A DNA stretch of 64,000 nucleotides from Verrucomicrobiota bacterium (GTDB taxonomy: Bacteria > Verrucomicrobiota > Verrucomicrobiia > Opitutales > Seribacteraceae): contig JAQBYT010000004.1 of NCBI GenBank assembly GCA_027622665.1, positions 64,001 through 128,000 of the forward strand. Direction: 5' to 3'. This document shows, in pieces, positions 20,190 through 30,934 of this stretch (its first letter is position 1; every line of letters begins with the position of its first letter). The notes below the pieces were generated by a model that saw only the letters and a program-made list of their open reading frames with translations, ran no database searches and was not told the DNA's origin. Made by a program: the position numbers and the translations under genes.

Positions 20190-20389
20190 TTAGGCGAGGA
20201 AAGTAATCTCAGAAATATGAGTTTCATTTCGGGCGCACATCTGACGGAAGACAGCCATAATATCGACCTCAATTTTTCAATCCGGTTCCCAATGCAGCTA
20301 TTTTATCTGAAGTCGACCGATCCAAAATTGTCGCGTTGAGGGGAATTAGTGTGTAACTCATTCGAGTTTAAGGCTGTTTATAAAATGGC

Positions 20390-22099
20390 ATGCTCAGATT
20401 AATCCCCATCAGATTTACCTGCTCACTTTTAGGCGTTGCATCAGTTATCGCCTTTATGAGCCTGCTCGGATGCAAGCCGCACAAGTATCGACGGGCATCG
20501 GATAAAGAGGTGTACGAAATCCTTCAGAAACGAAGTGAACATACGTTGGGTTCGCGGATGGAGCATTCGATCGATACCGTATATTCATCCCGCTCCCCAT
20601 CGGATATTAACGGTTCCGAGATCATCCTTGACCGTAATAAGAGCGGAAGCGATCGAGTGTTGACCCTTAGCGAAACACTGGATTTGGCGGTGAAGGCTAA
20701 TCGTGTCTATCAATATAATCGTGAAAAACTATACTTGCAGGCGCTCTCTCTAACGGGCGTCCGCCATCAATTTGCCTTTAGATTCAGCAATGCTGAAATC
20801 GACTTGGGGCTAGATCGTAGTTCATCGGGAGAGAAATCGACGACTTCCGGAGCCAATTTCACATTGAATAAATTAATGAAGACCGGCGGCACGATTACCG
20901 CCTCTCTCGCGAATGACTTGGTTTTGTACTTCGATGGTGAACCTAAGGTGCCATCGGTCACTTTAAGTCTCGCCCAACCTCTTTTGCGTGGAGCTGGATC
21001 GGATATTGCCGCGGAAGTGCTTACGCAGGCGGAGCGTGAAGTGGTGTACGAGATTCGTGATTTCAGCCATTTCCAGAAGGAGTTCGTCCTCGAAGTGGTG
21101 AATGATTATCTCGACCTTTTGCAGCTAGGGGAAAGCATGCAGTTGTCCTACGGCAACTATACGAACCGCATTGTTTTTCGTAAGGAAATCGACGCTCGAG
21201 TGGAAGCGGGGCTGAGTGCTGAATTTGAGTCCAAGCAAGCAAAACAGAGTGAATACAGTTCCAAGCTTTCCTATATCGGGACGACGAATGCTTACCAAAA
21301 CGCTCTTGATGAATTAAAGAGGAAAGTATCTCTGCCTCTAGGCACGAAGGTCACATTGGATTTCAAGGTGTTGAAGGACCTTAACGATATGGGTCTTCCG
21401 AAAGTACCATTCAGTGAATCGGTCGGGTATCGTCTAGCCATTGCCAATCGATTAGACCTTATGAACGTGATTGATCGCTTTGAGGATTCCAAGCGAAAGG
21501 TGAAGGTTGCTAGTCAAGATTTGCTGCCCAGCCTCTCAATTGTCGCCGACGCTGCAATGAAGGACCGGTTTTACTCGTCCTTTCAGTCTGAGGAATATAC
21601 GGCGAAGGCAGGCTTGAAACTAAACTTGCCACTGGATCAACTTGCCGAGCGAAATGCGTATCGCTCAAGTCTGATTGCCTTTGAGCGGCAATTGAGGACT
21701 CTGGCCACTGAGCTAGACAAGTTGCTTGATGGAGTGCGTTCGGACATTAGAAACTTGGGGCGTCAGCGTCAAAACTACTTTACCCAACAGGAGGCTAGAA
21801 AGAATGCGGAGGAAAATCTCGAGGCGACGCGTCAACGCTTGCGCCTGGGTTTCCCCGGAGTTCGCACGCGAGACATCATCACTGCTCAGGACGCTCTTCT
21901 ACATGCGCAACTTTCAGTATCTCGAGCGAACTTGGACTACCATAAAACTCACTTGAAACTGTTGAAGGATGGTGGTATTTTAGATACTACTCAAGATGAG
22001 TTCTGGTTAAAGGAATTCAATTTGCCCGGTGGAGAACCGGCGGTGCCTGATCAGCCATTGGATGCCGTAGTCCCCCCTGAGCAAATACTTGGAAAATAA
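20390..22099 (+). CDS. TolC-family outer-membrane efflux lipoprotein
   Basis: LLGC lipobox, QPLLRGAG, OEP-type coiled-coil halves; heads an adaptor/ABC operon. Confidence 0.88.
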   Translation: MLRLIPIRFTCSLLGVASVIAFMSLLGCKPHKYRRASDKEVYEILQKRSEHTLGSRMEHSIDTVYSSRSPSDINGSEIILDRNKSGSDRVLTLSETLDLAVKANRVYQYNREKLYLQALSLTGVRHQFAFRFSNAEIDLGLDRSSSGEKSTTSGANFTLNKLMKTGGTITASLANDLVLYFDGEPKVPSVTLSLAQPLLRGAGSDIAAEVLTQAEREVVYEIRDFSHFQKEFVLEVVNDYLDLLQLGESMQLSYGNYTNRIVFRKEIDARVEAGLSAEFESKQAKQSEYSSKLSYIGTTNAYQNALDELKRKVSLPLGTKVTLDFKVLKDLNDMGLPKVPFSESVGYRLAIANRLDLMNVIDRFEDSKRKVKVASQDLLPSLSIVADAAMKDRFYSSFQSEEYTAKAGLKLNLPLDQLAERNAYRSSLIAFERQLRTLATELDKLLDGVRSDIRNLGRQRQNYFTQQEARKNAEENLEATRQRLRLGFPGVRTRDIITAQDALLHAQLSVSRANLDYHKTHLKLLKDGGILDTTQDEFWLKEFNLPGGEPAVPDQPLDAVVPPEQILGK

Positions 22100-22101
22100 T
22101 T

Positions 22102-23925
22102 ATGATTGAAAAACGCAAAGTCGCTTCAAGCCGAAGAACAGATGGTTTTATCTCTCGCAAATTCTTGATGCCGTTGATTGCCTTGGCCATCGTTTCCGTC
22201 GGTGCTCTTTGGATTGGTAGCCTTCTCAATGACGAAGAGGAAAAGGTTCGTCAGGAAAAATATTACACGGCCAAGAAGGCTGATTTTCTCGTTACCGTGA
22301 AGTTGACCGGCACGCTTGTTGCCACCGACGTCGTGACCCTTAAGTCCGAGCTGGAGGGTGAAACCACCATCCAGTCGATCGTCGATGAAGGCACCGAGGT
22401 GAAGGGGAATACAATATACGAGATCAAGAATGGAGATACAATTAAGTCCATTGCCGATACGCAGAAAAAGAATTCTCTTTCCATCCAACTCCTCAATAAA
22501 GAGTTAGACCTCGATTGGGGCCATTTGCCTGTGGGGCAAGAAATCGAGATCCCGGGCGATCTCTTGGTGGAGCTGGACCCCCTTCGTTTGCGTGAACGAA
22601 TCAACACCCAAGACATTGCCGTCCAAAGGGCGGAAAATACCCTCAATAGGGCCAAGGGCAATCTAGCCACTTTGAGGCTCTCCACTGCCTTGGCCATGAA
22701 GGTGGCGGAGAACTCTCTCCAAAATGCCGATATGGATCAAGAGAAGACTCAAAACAGTACCGTAAAAAACTATGTTCAGAATCTCGAGGGAATGATAGCC
22801 AACTTTGAAAAGGACGTGACTTTGGCCGAAAAAAATCTCAAAGCCTACACCAAGCTCAAGGAACTCGGATTCGTGTCCGAAGTGGAGGTGTTGAGGGAGG
22901 AGTCATCCAAGGCCAAGACCCTCCACAACATAAAGATGGCCAAGGTCGACTTGGATGCCTACAGGAAATATGATCGGGTATCCTTGCTTAGTTTGAAGCA
23001 ATTGGCAGTGGATGAAGCCAGTGTGAACATTGAGAAGACTAAGGTGAAGAACAAGGCGGATATCAGCGACGCCAACTCCACCGTCTATACCGCCGATAAA
23101 ACACTCGACCTGGAAAAAGAGAAACTCGAGGATCTGCGTGAACAAATGGCTAATACCAAGATCTATGCTCCCCAGTCAGGCACAGTGGTTTATTGGTCCG
23201 AACACAGGTACGGTAGAGGAGAGCCCATAATAAATGGCGCCCAAGTGCATCGTGGAAGAAACCTCATCAAACTCCCCAAGAGCAAGTCCTTGAAGGTCGA
23301 GATCAGTGTTCCCCAGGCCAAGCGCGCCCAGCTGAAGAAAGACATGAGAGCTTGGGTGCAGGTGGAGGATATTACTTTGCCCGGAACCCTTTCCCTGCTG
23401 GGCACAAACGTGGACAACAATCAGCGGGGACATTCCGACAAGTCCTACTTCAAGGGGGAGATTTCTCTCGATGAGTCGAATGGCTTACCGTCCGACGTGG
23501 CTGAGGGAATGAAGGTTACGGTAGAGATTCAAGTAATCAATTTGGTGGGTGAAAACCAACGTGTGCGCGTCCCGAACCAATGTGTGACCACTCGCATGAT
23601 AACCGAAGATCAGTCGCAGAGAGGTTGCTGGGTCCTCGATCCCAAGACCGAGAAGCACGAGTGGCGACCGGTCACCATCGAGTACAGCGATGAGACTTTC
23701 ATCGCGATAAAAGAGGAGTCCGATCCTGATCTCGGTCTACGCGAAGGCGAAATCGTACACCTTTCCCCGCTTTCCGAGGCCAAGAACCTGAACCTCGAGG
23801 AGGGAGTGGTGAACAAGGGATCGCTGGATTTGAAGAGAAACATCCCTGCGCCTGAAAAAGAGAAGTCGGCTTCTTCCGGCAAGCGGAATGGTAAGGAGAC
23901 AGATTCAGTTGCGGGGGGAGTCTGA
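22102..23925 (+). CDS. Efflux periplasmic adaptor (MacA/HlyD-like) with an inserted LysM domain
   Basis: N-terminal TM, split lipoyl motif VDEGTEVKG...DLLVELD, long helical hairpin, IYAPQSGTVVY, GLREGE. Confidence 0.88.
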   Translation: MIEKRKVASSRRTDGFISRKFLMPLIALAIVSVGALWIGSLLNDEEEKVRQEKYYTAKKADFLVTVKLTGTLVATDVVTLKSELEGETTIQSIVDEGTEVKGNTIYEIKNGDTIKSIADTQKKNSLSIQLLNKELDLDWGHLPVGQEIEIPGDLLVELDPLRLRERINTQDIAVQRAENTLNRAKGNLATLRLSTALAMKVAENSLQNADMDQEKTQNSTVKNYVQNLEGMIANFEKDVTLAEKNLKAYTKLKELGFVSEVEVLREESSKAKTLHNIKMAKVDLDAYRKYDRVSLLSLKQLAVDEASVNIEKTKVKNKADISDANSTVYTADKTLDLEKEKLEDLREQMANTKIYAPQSGTVVYWSEHRYGRGEPIINGAQVHRGRNLIKLPKSKSLKVEISVPQAKRAQLKKDMRAWVQVEDITLPGTLSLLGTNVDNNQRGHSDKSYFKGEISLDESNGLPSDVAEGMKVTVEIQVINLVGENQRVRVPNQCVTTRMITEDQSQRGCWVLDPKTEKHEWRPVTIEYSDETFIAIKEESDPDLGLREGEIVHLSPLSEAKNLNLEEGVVNKGSLDLKRNIPAPEKEKSASSGKRNGKETDSVAGGV

Positions 23926-23989
23926 GTCAGGCTCGGCACAGGGTCCGAACTTTGTATCTTTTTGTTAGATCCCGTTGATTGAGACTGTA

Positions 23990-24709
23990 ATGGCTTCGCC
24001 CGACATCATCGAGCTTCGCGCTCTCGGCAAGGTATACGATCTGGGAGCCGTTCGAGTTCCTGCCTTGCGCGGTCTTGATTTCGTGATCGAGGAAGGTAGT
24101 TACACGGCTATCATGGGGCCTTCCGGTTCCGGTAAGTCCACCCTCCTCAATATTCTTGGCTGTCTCGACCGACCGACCTCGGGAGCTTATCTTCTTGGTG
24201 GGGATGACGTGGCGGGAATGTCCGACAAGGAACTTTCCCGTATCCGCGGAACCCGCATCGGATTCATTTTTCAGTCCTACAATCTCATCGAGCAGCTCGA
24301 TGTGGTGGAGAATGTTCACCTACCTCTCTTTTACCAAGGCAAGGACATCAAGGATTGCTACGACCATTGTGCTAAATTGGCTAAGAAAGTTGGCTTGGGT
24401 GACCGATTGGACCATCGCCCGATGCAGCTTTCGGGAGGCCAGCAACAACGAGTGGCGGTGGCTCGCGCCTTGGTCAACGAACCCCTTATGTTGTTGGCCG
24501 ACGAACCCACGGGAAACCTCGATTCCTCTACCGAGAAGGAAATACTGGATGTCTTGGACGAACTTCACCACGAGGGGCGCACATTGGTCGTTGTTACACA
24601 TGACGACGCTGTCGCCGGGCGAGCGCAGCGAGTGATTCGGTTGAAGGATGGCTTGATCGATCAGGATCTTCGCCAAGTGCCAACCGTCGATCGAACTCCA
24701 AGCGAGTAA
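23990..24709 (+). CDS. MacB/LolD-type ABC ATP-binding protein
   Basis: [33 protein letters not shown] at 23990 preferred over TTG at 23975. Confidence 0.95.
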   Translation: MASPDIIELRALGKVYDLGAVRVPALRGLDFVIEEGSYTAIMGPSGSGKSTLLNILGCLDRPTSGAYLLGGDDVAGMSDKELSRIRGTRIGFIFQSYNLIEQLDVVENVHLPLFYQGKDIKDCYDHCAKLAKKVGLGDRLDHRPMQLSGGQQQRVAVARALVNEPLMLLADEPTGNLDSSTEKEILDVLDELHHEGRTLVVVTHDDAVAGRAQRVIRLKDGLIDQDLRQVPTVDRTPSE

Positions 24710-24712
24710 GCT

Positions 24713-26014
24713 ATGCGCGGGTCTTCTTTCCTTCGTGTCGGCCAAGCGGGCTTTAAGAGTCTGAGACTGCACAAGTTGCGAAGTATGCTCACCATGCTTG
24801 GCATGATTATCGGGGTTTGGGCCGTTATCACTTTGGTCGCGATTGGCGAGGGGGCTAGCTATGACGCACAGGAAGCCATCAAGGCTTTAGGGGCCAACAA
24901 TATCATTATTCGCAGCATGAAGCCGATGGAGGATAAAGTTCAAATTCAAGGCAAAATGCAATGGGTGTCGCATTACGGACTGACCAACGCAGATGCCGTC
25001 CGCATCCTCAAGACGGTGCCCGGAGTAAAGAGAGTGTTGCCCATCCTGATCCACCGCAAGAACGTGTTGCATGGTAAACGTAACGTGGATTGCCGCTTGG
25101 TGGGAACCTATCCTCATTATCCCTCCTTTACCCAATCTCGGATCGTCGCCGGGCAATTTTTGAATGAGATTGAAGAGGCTCGCCGAGAAAACTCATGCGT
25201 TCTCTCTCACGACTTGGCCAAGAAGTTGTTTGCCGGCGAAAATCCCCTGATGGAAACCGTAACGGTTCGCGGTTTTGAATCTTGGCAAGTCTTCAGAGTG
25301 AAAGGAATTTTGGAGGAACGAACCGACCTCGAGCAATTACCCAAAAATTCAAATGTCATGGGCAAGACGCTTTCCTCAAACGTTTACATTCCGCTTTCTA
25401 CTTTCAAGGCGCTCTATGGAGTGAAGAACATCGACCTCAGCGTGGGTAGCATTTCCTCGGAGGTAGTCCACCTGACTGAAATTCGTGTGGAGTTTGGACG
25501 CGTGGAGGAAGTGATTCCGGCTATGGACTTGATCAAGGATGCCCTCGATAATGGTCGCAACGGAAAAGTGGATTACGAAATTCAGGTACCGATTAACGAA
25601 CTGAACACCCTTCGAGCCCAAAAAGCCCGCGATACTCGCCTGCTGATGTATATTGCATGCATATCGCTTCTGGTCGGGGGTATCGGAATCATGAATATCA
25701 TGCTCGCCACAGTGATCGAACGGACGCGAGAGATTGGCGTGCGACGTGCCCTCGGCGCCACTCGGGGAGACATTACCCTCCAGTTTCTTGTGGAAACTCT
25801 TATGCTTTGCTTGATCGGCGGAGGGATCGGGGTAGTCGGAGCGTGGTTGTTCGCCACTTTTCGTCACAACATTTTGCACACCACCACTATCGTGACCGAA
25901 TGGTCGGTTCTTCTGGCTTTCGGCCTATCCGTTTCCGTTGGTTTGGTATTCGGCATTTATCCGGCTCGGCGAGCAGCCCAGCTTGATCCCATCGAAGCCC
26001 TGAGGCACGCATAG
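24713..26014 (+). CDS. MacB/FtsX-type ABC permease
   Basis: [52 protein letters not shown]. Confidence 0.95.
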   Translation: MRGSSFLRVGQAGFKSLRLHKLRSMLTMLGMIIGVWAVITLVAIGEGASYDAQEAIKALGANNIIIRSMKPMEDKVQIQGKMQWVSHYGLTNADAVRILKTVPGVKRVLPILIHRKNVLHGKRNVDCRLVGTYPHYPSFTQSRIVAGQFLNEIEEARRENSCVLSHDLAKKLFAGENPLMETVTVRGFESWQVFRVKGILEERTDLEQLPKNSNVMGKTLSSNVYIPLSTFKALYGVKNIDLSVGSISSEVVHLTEIRVEFGRVEEVIPAMDLIKDALDNGRNGKVDYEIQVPINELNTLRAQKARDTRLLMYIACISLLVGGIGIMNIMLATVIERTREIGVRRALGATRGDITLQFLVETLMLCLIGGGIGVVGAWLFATFRHNILHTTTIVTEWSVLLAFGLSVSVGLVFGIYPARRAAQLDPIEALRHA

Positions 26015-26018
26015 ATTA

Positions 26019-27330
26019 ATGCGAGGATTTTTCTTTATTCGCATCATTCAGCTCGGACTCAAAGCCTGCGTCTGCACAAACTCCGTAGCATGCTCACCAT
26101 GCTTGGAATGATTATCGGCGTCTGGGCGGTAATTACGCTCGTGGCGATTGGTGAAGGGGCTAGTTATGATGCCTAGGAAGCGATAAAGAGCCTGGGGGCA
26201 GAAAATGTCATCAGCCGTAGCATTAAACCGCCTTCGATGCGGACCCAAATGCACGGCAATTGGGAGAGCTTTTTCCGGCGATGGATGGCGGTTTACGGGT
26301 TGAAGCGTCAGGATGCCGTTCAAATCGAGAAAACGGTACCGGGAGTTAAGCGCGTACTCCCCATGCTAACCAAACGGATGAACGCAGTGCATGGTACGCG
26401 GGAAGTTGACTGCAAGCTTATCGGTACCTTTCCATACTATCCTGAATTTACTCAGGCCGAGATGGTTGTCGGGCAGTTTCTCAACGAGGAGGAAGAAAAC
26501 AGCAAGGTTTCCTCCTGCGTCATTTCCTTGTCGTTGGCCGAGCGATTGTTTGCCGGGCACAATCCCTTGTTGGAAACGATTGTGGTTCGCGGTTACGAGT
26601 CCTCTCAAGTTTTTCAGGTAAAGGGTGTGCTCCAAGAACGAGTGGACGCCGAAACATTGCCTCAACTTGCCGATTCACTTGGGCGAACCATTACTGCCAA
26701 CGTATATGTTCCGCTTTCCACCTTTAATGCCCTGTATGGCGTAAAAACGTTGATCAAAGCGTAGGCAACTTAAAGTTGGAAGCTGTGGAACTAACTGGAA
26801 ATTCGGGTGGAATTCGAAAGCGTCGAACAGGTGTTGTCCTCTCTCCCGTTGATCCACGAGGCGCTCCGTGCCGGTAGAGACGAACGCGACTTTGAAATCG
26901 TGGTGCCCATTCGCGAGCTGAATGCTTTGCAAAAACAAAAGGCCCGCGACACTCGTATGCTTCTTTACATTGCGTGCATCTCATTACTTGTCGGCGGAAC
27001 AGGGATTATGAACATTATGCTGGCCACTGTGACTGAGCGAACTCGCGAGATCGGTGTTCGTCGTGCTCTTGGCGCCACCCGTAGAGACATTACCTACAAT
27101 TTCTCGTGGAAACGCTCATGCTCGGCCTGTTCGGTGGTTGTGTCGGGGTGATCGGGGGCTGGTTGTTTGCCACCTTTCGGCGCAATATCCTAGAGACTAC
27201 CACAATCGTGACCGAATGGTCGGTCATTCTGGCTTTCGGATTATCCGTTACCGTTGGGTTGATCTTTGGCTTGTATCCTGCTCGCCGGGCCGCCTGTCTC
27301 GACCCCATTGAGGCTCTCCGTCACTCCTGA
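26019..27330 (+). pseudogene. Decayed tandem paralogue of the MacB-type permease
   Basis: Collinear with 24713-26014; 1-nt deletions near 26063, 26745 and 27095, and a TAG at 26174 where the paralogue has CAG. Confidence 0.9.
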
Positions 27331-27369
27331 TTACATCCTTCTTCCCGGATGGAAGATAACAGAGAGTAA

Positions 27370-28356
27370 TTAGGATTGTTTGTCCGAAAGGCGTACGGCA
27401 AGTTTGACTGCCTCGAACAAACTGTTCGGGTTGGCAATGCCTTTTCCTGCGATATCCAAGGCAGTGCCGTGGTCGACGGAGGTGCGGATGATAGGGAGTC
27501 CGAGCGTGATGTTGACGGCATTGTCAAAAGCCAAAGCTTTCAATGGGATGTGACCTTGATCATGGTACATGCAGACCACGCAGTCGAATTCCTTGCGTCG
27601 TTGAGGAAGGAATGCAGTATCCGGTGGAAGGGGACCGGTAATGTCGATACCACTTGCGCGTGCTATATCCAATGCGGGGCTTATAATTACTTCTTCCTCG
27701 CGGTTGCCGAAAAGACCGTTCTCGCCGGCGTGTGGGTTGAGACCGCAACAAAGGAGTCGGGGTTTCTTGCCGCGAATACGTTGCATGGCCTCCTCGCAAA
27801 GTTCAATGACCTCGAGGATACGCTTTTCCGTAAGCAGTGCGGGAACTTCTGCGTAACCAACGTGCGTGGTCACGAAAACGCAACGAATCTCTTCGGAGTA
27901 CTGTAGCATGCAGGTTCGTTCGCTATCGGTGCGGTCGGCAAAGATTTCCGTGTGACCCGGGTAGGAGACACCAGCCATCTTGAGGGCTTCCTTGTTTAGG
28001 GGGCCGGTCGTGACCGCATTCACCTCACCGGCAAGCGCGCTGTCGATTGCCTCGGTAACGTATCGGTAACCTGCCCGACCCGTAGCGGCGTTAATGATTC
28101 CCGTCTCATATTCATCAGCTGAGATGACCCCAAGGTCCAGCACGCAGGGACCCTCGGCATCGTCGAGACTCTTGACTATACGGGCCGGTGGTTGAAGTCC
28201 GCATTCGTTTGCGGCCTTCTCCAGAACACAGGCATCTCCAAATACAATGGGTTCAAAAATGCCTCTGGTTGCAGGGTTGTTGAGGAGCTGGAGGCAAACC
28301 TCCGGACCGATCCCTGCTGGATCACCGGTAGTCACCGCTATGCGGGGTAGGGGCAT
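27370..28356 (-). CDS. pdxA: 4-hydroxythreonine-4-phosphate dehydrogenase family (PdxA/PdxA2)
   Basis: GDPAGIGPE, GHTE, LNPHAGE, MYHDQG, RTSVDHGTA; ATG at 28356. Confidence 0.92.
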   Translation of the reverse strand: MPLPRIAVTTGDPAGIGPEVCLQLLNNPATRGIFEPIVFGDACVLEKAANECGLQPPARIVKSLDDAEGPCVLDLGVISADEYETGIINAATGRAGYRYVTEAIDSALAGEVNAVTTGPLNKEALKMAGVSYPGHTEIFADRTDSERTCMLQYSEEIRCVFVTTHVGYAEVPALLTEKRILEVIELCEEAMQRIRGKKPRLLCCGLNPHAGENGLFGNREEEVIISPALDIARASGIDITGPLPPDTAFLPQRRKEFDCVVCMYHDQGHIPLKALAFDNAVNITLGLPIIRTSVDHGTALDIAGKGIANPNSLFEAVKLAVRLSDKQS

Positions 28357-28360
28357 TTGT

Positions 28361-29473
28361 TTAAAGCAGAGTTTTGATGGCACCGAGAAACCGATCCACG
28401 TTTTCTTCCGATGAACTGTGCCCCATTAGACCGACTCTCCAGACTTTGCCTTGAAGTGGGCCGAGCCCAGGTCCGATTTCGATTCCATGATCGTTCAGTA
28501 GCGCGGTCCTCACGCCAGCTTCGTCCGTGCCATTGGGTACGCCCACTGCGTTCAGTTGCCAGAGTCGGTGGTCTTCCTGTGCGGTTAGGTACAAGCCCAT
28601 GTCGTTAAGACCTGCCTTCAAGCGGTTGTGGTTACTTTCGTGTCGTGCCCAGCGATTTTCAAGCCCTTCCTCCAATGTCAGACGAAGGGACTCGTGCAGT
28701 GCGTAGTTCATGGAAATCGGTGCGGTATGATGGTATACGCGGGCCCCGTCACCCCAGTAGTTTGCGAGCAGGTTGACGTCGAGGTACCAACTCCGGACTC
28801 CATTATTTCGGGCCTTTACGGCATCCATGGCCCGTTTACTCAACGAAACGGGCGCTAGACCCGGCGGGCAACTCAGGCACTTCTGTGTTCCACTGTATAC
28901 CGCGTCCACTTCCCAGTCGTCGATGCGGACGGGACACCCGCCTAGGGAGGTTACGGCATCCAATATAAAAAGGGCTCCGGCGTCATGGGTCAGTTTGGCA
29001 ATTTCCTCGACGGGAGTGAGGGCACCGGTAGATGTCTCGGCGTGCACGATGGCAACGAGTTTAGGATTACTAACCTTGTCCAGCGCCTCGGCGACCTGTG
29101 CAGGTTCGATGATTCGGCCCCAATCCGCCGAAATCTTGGTCACATTGGCCCCGCAACGTTCGGCTACATCGGCCATTCGTCCTCCGAATACTCCATTGAC
29201 GCCAATGATAACCTCGTCACCCGGTTCGATCAGGTTGACAAAGCAAAACTCCATTCCCGCACTACCCGTCCCGCTGATCGGAAACGTCATTTCGTTTTCA
29301 GTCAGGAAGACCTTTCGAAGCATCCCCTTGATTTCTTCCATCATTTGGACGAAGGAGGGGTCGAGGTGACCGACAAGAGTTTGACTCATCGCACTCAATA
29401 CAGAGGGCGGTGCATCGCTTGGTCCTGGTCCCATGAGCAGGCGTGCGGGTGGCGTAAAAGGTGGTAAAGACAT
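28361..29473 (-). CDS. Class V PLP aminotransferase (alanine-glyoxylate/serine-pyruvate family)
   Basis: LLMGPGPS, VHAETSTG, SGTQKCLS, YHHT, RVGLMG. Confidence 0.93.
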   Translation of the reverse strand: MSLPPFTPPARLLMGPGPSDAPPSVLSAMSQTLVGHLDPSFVQMMEEIKGMLRKVFLTENEMTFPISGTGSAGMEFCFVNLIEPGDEVIIGVNGVFGGRMADVAERCGANVTKISADWGRIIEPAQVAEALDKVSNPKLVAIVHAETSTGALTPVEEIAKLTHDAGALFILDAVTSLGGCPVRIDDWEVDAVYSGTQKCLSCPPGLAPVSLSKRAMDAVKARNNGVRSWYLDVNLLANYWGDGARVYHHTAPISMNYALHESLRLTLEEGLENRWARHESNHNRLKAGLNDMGLYLTAQEDHRLWQLNAVGVPNGTDEAGVRTALLNDHGIEIGPGLGPLQGKVWRVGLMGHSSSEENVDRFLGAIKTLL

Positions 29474-29502
29474 GATTACTTTAAAAAGGGCAAAGATGCG
29501 TC

Positions 29503-30930
29503 TTAGGCGAGAATATCGTGAATTACATGGCCGAAATCCTGTTCCAGACGCTTGTGCCGTGGAATTTCCATGCGGTGCGATTCAAGACCAAGTTGGTGTA
29601 GGATCGTGGCATGAATATCAGTCACGTAGTGGGGATTTTCAACGGTGTGAAAGCCTATTTCGTCCGTGGCGCCATGGGCGCTCCCCCCCTTTATGCCGCC
29701 GCCGGCCATCCAAACGCTGAATCCGTAGGGATGGTGGTCACGCCCGTTGGAACCTTGGGAGCCGGGAGTCCGCCCGAACTCCGTAGCAAAGACAACCAGA
29801 GTCTCGTCGAGCAGTCCCCTTTGCTTCAGATCCTTCAGTAGACCTGCGATGGGTCGGTCGACCTGCATGGCTAGTTTCGAGTGATTGGCCTTGAGACCAC
29901 CGTGGGCATCCCAAGCGCCTGCCGCGCCATCGCCGTGCATGATCTGGATAAAGCGCACACCTCGCTCTGCGAAGCGTCGTGCAGCTAGTAACTGCTGCCC
30001 GAAGGGCCGGGTTTCCTTTTGGTCGAAACCGTAGAGGTTCTTCGTGACCTCGGTTTCCGATTCGAAGTTAACTACGTCGGGAACCGAGGTCTGCATCCGG
30101 AAGGCGAGTTCGTACGACTTGATTCTAGCCTCGAGAGCCGCGTCGCCGGGATACTTGCCTGCGGTGATTCGATTTAATCGGTTCACCAGACCGAAGCCGA
30201 GTCGTTGCTCTTCCATGGGGAATTCGCCCTCAGGTTTGGCGAAGTCGAGGGGATTCTTCGGGTCGATCTTTAATTTCACCTCGTCATAGGCAGGGCCTAG
30301 GTAATGGCCGTCACTTCGGTCAAAGTAGCGTGGTCCCATGCCTATGAATTGCGGAAGGTTCTCATTGAGCGTACCGAGACCGTAATTGATCCATGCGCCG
30401 ATTGTGGGTACGCGCGGGTCCAACATATGTCTGCCGGAATGAAACTGCACTTGGGCTCCGTGATTGTCATCTGTGGTCCACATTGAGCGAATAACCGAGA
30501 TGTCATCAATGCATGAACCGACGTGCGGGAACCAGTCGCTTACCTCAATCCCGCTTTGGCCATATTTCTTGAATCCGATCTGAAGCGGAAAAAGCTTATT
30601 CCGTTGCTGACCGTTGGCATCGTTCACAACAACAACGCGGACCTTCTTGAGCTTTTCGGGATTTTGGACATGACTGAAGGGGGTCTCTGCAATTGATTTC
30701 CCCGCGTATTTATTGAGTGCGGGTTTGTGGTCGAAGCTCTCCATGTGACTGACGCCACCTCGCATAAAAAGCCAGATTACGCTTTTGGCTTTTGGAGCAA
30801 AATGCGGGTTGCCGTCGATAGCTCCCATGCCTTGTGCGCCGAATCCGTCCGAACGGAGGATGGACCCAAGGGCGAGGGAACCAAAGCCTAGGCCGGCTTT
30901 TTCAAGAAAGTGACGGCGTTGAAGGAGCAT
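29503..30930 (-). CDS. DUF1501 protein, Tat-like signal
   Basis: RRHFL, FM.GG.SH..SFD.KP, WDAH, EFGRTP, GRDH. Confidence 0.92.
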   Translation of the reverse strand: MLLQRRHFLEKAGLGFGSLALGSILRSDGFGAQGMGAIDGNPHFAPKAKSVIWLFMRGGVSHMESFDHKPALNKYAGKSIAETPFSHVQNPEKLKKVRVVVVNDANGQQRNKLFPLQIGFKKYGQSGIEVSDWFPHVGSCIDDISVIRSMWTTDDNHGAQVQFHSGRHMLDPRVPTIGAWINYGLGTLNENLPQFIGMGPRYFDRSDGHYLGPAYDEVKLKIDPKNPLDFAKPEGEFPMEEQRLGFGLVNRLNRITAGKYPGDAALEARIKSYELAFRMQTSVPDVVNFESETEVTKNLYGFDQKETRPFGQQLLAARRFAERGVRFIQIMHGDGAAGAWDAHGGLKANHSKLAMQVDRPIAGLLKDLKQRGLLDETLVVFATEFGRTPGSQGSNGRDHHPYGFSVWMAGGGIKGGSAHGATDEIGFHTVENPHYVTDIHATILHQLGLESHRMEIPRHKRLEQDFGHVIHDILA

Positions 30931-30934
30931 GAAG

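Noticed and set aside
27370..29473. pdxA + aminotransferase as a novel catabolic pair
   Set aside because: No kinase, transporter or pdxJ context is present, so adjacency alone supports nothing further.
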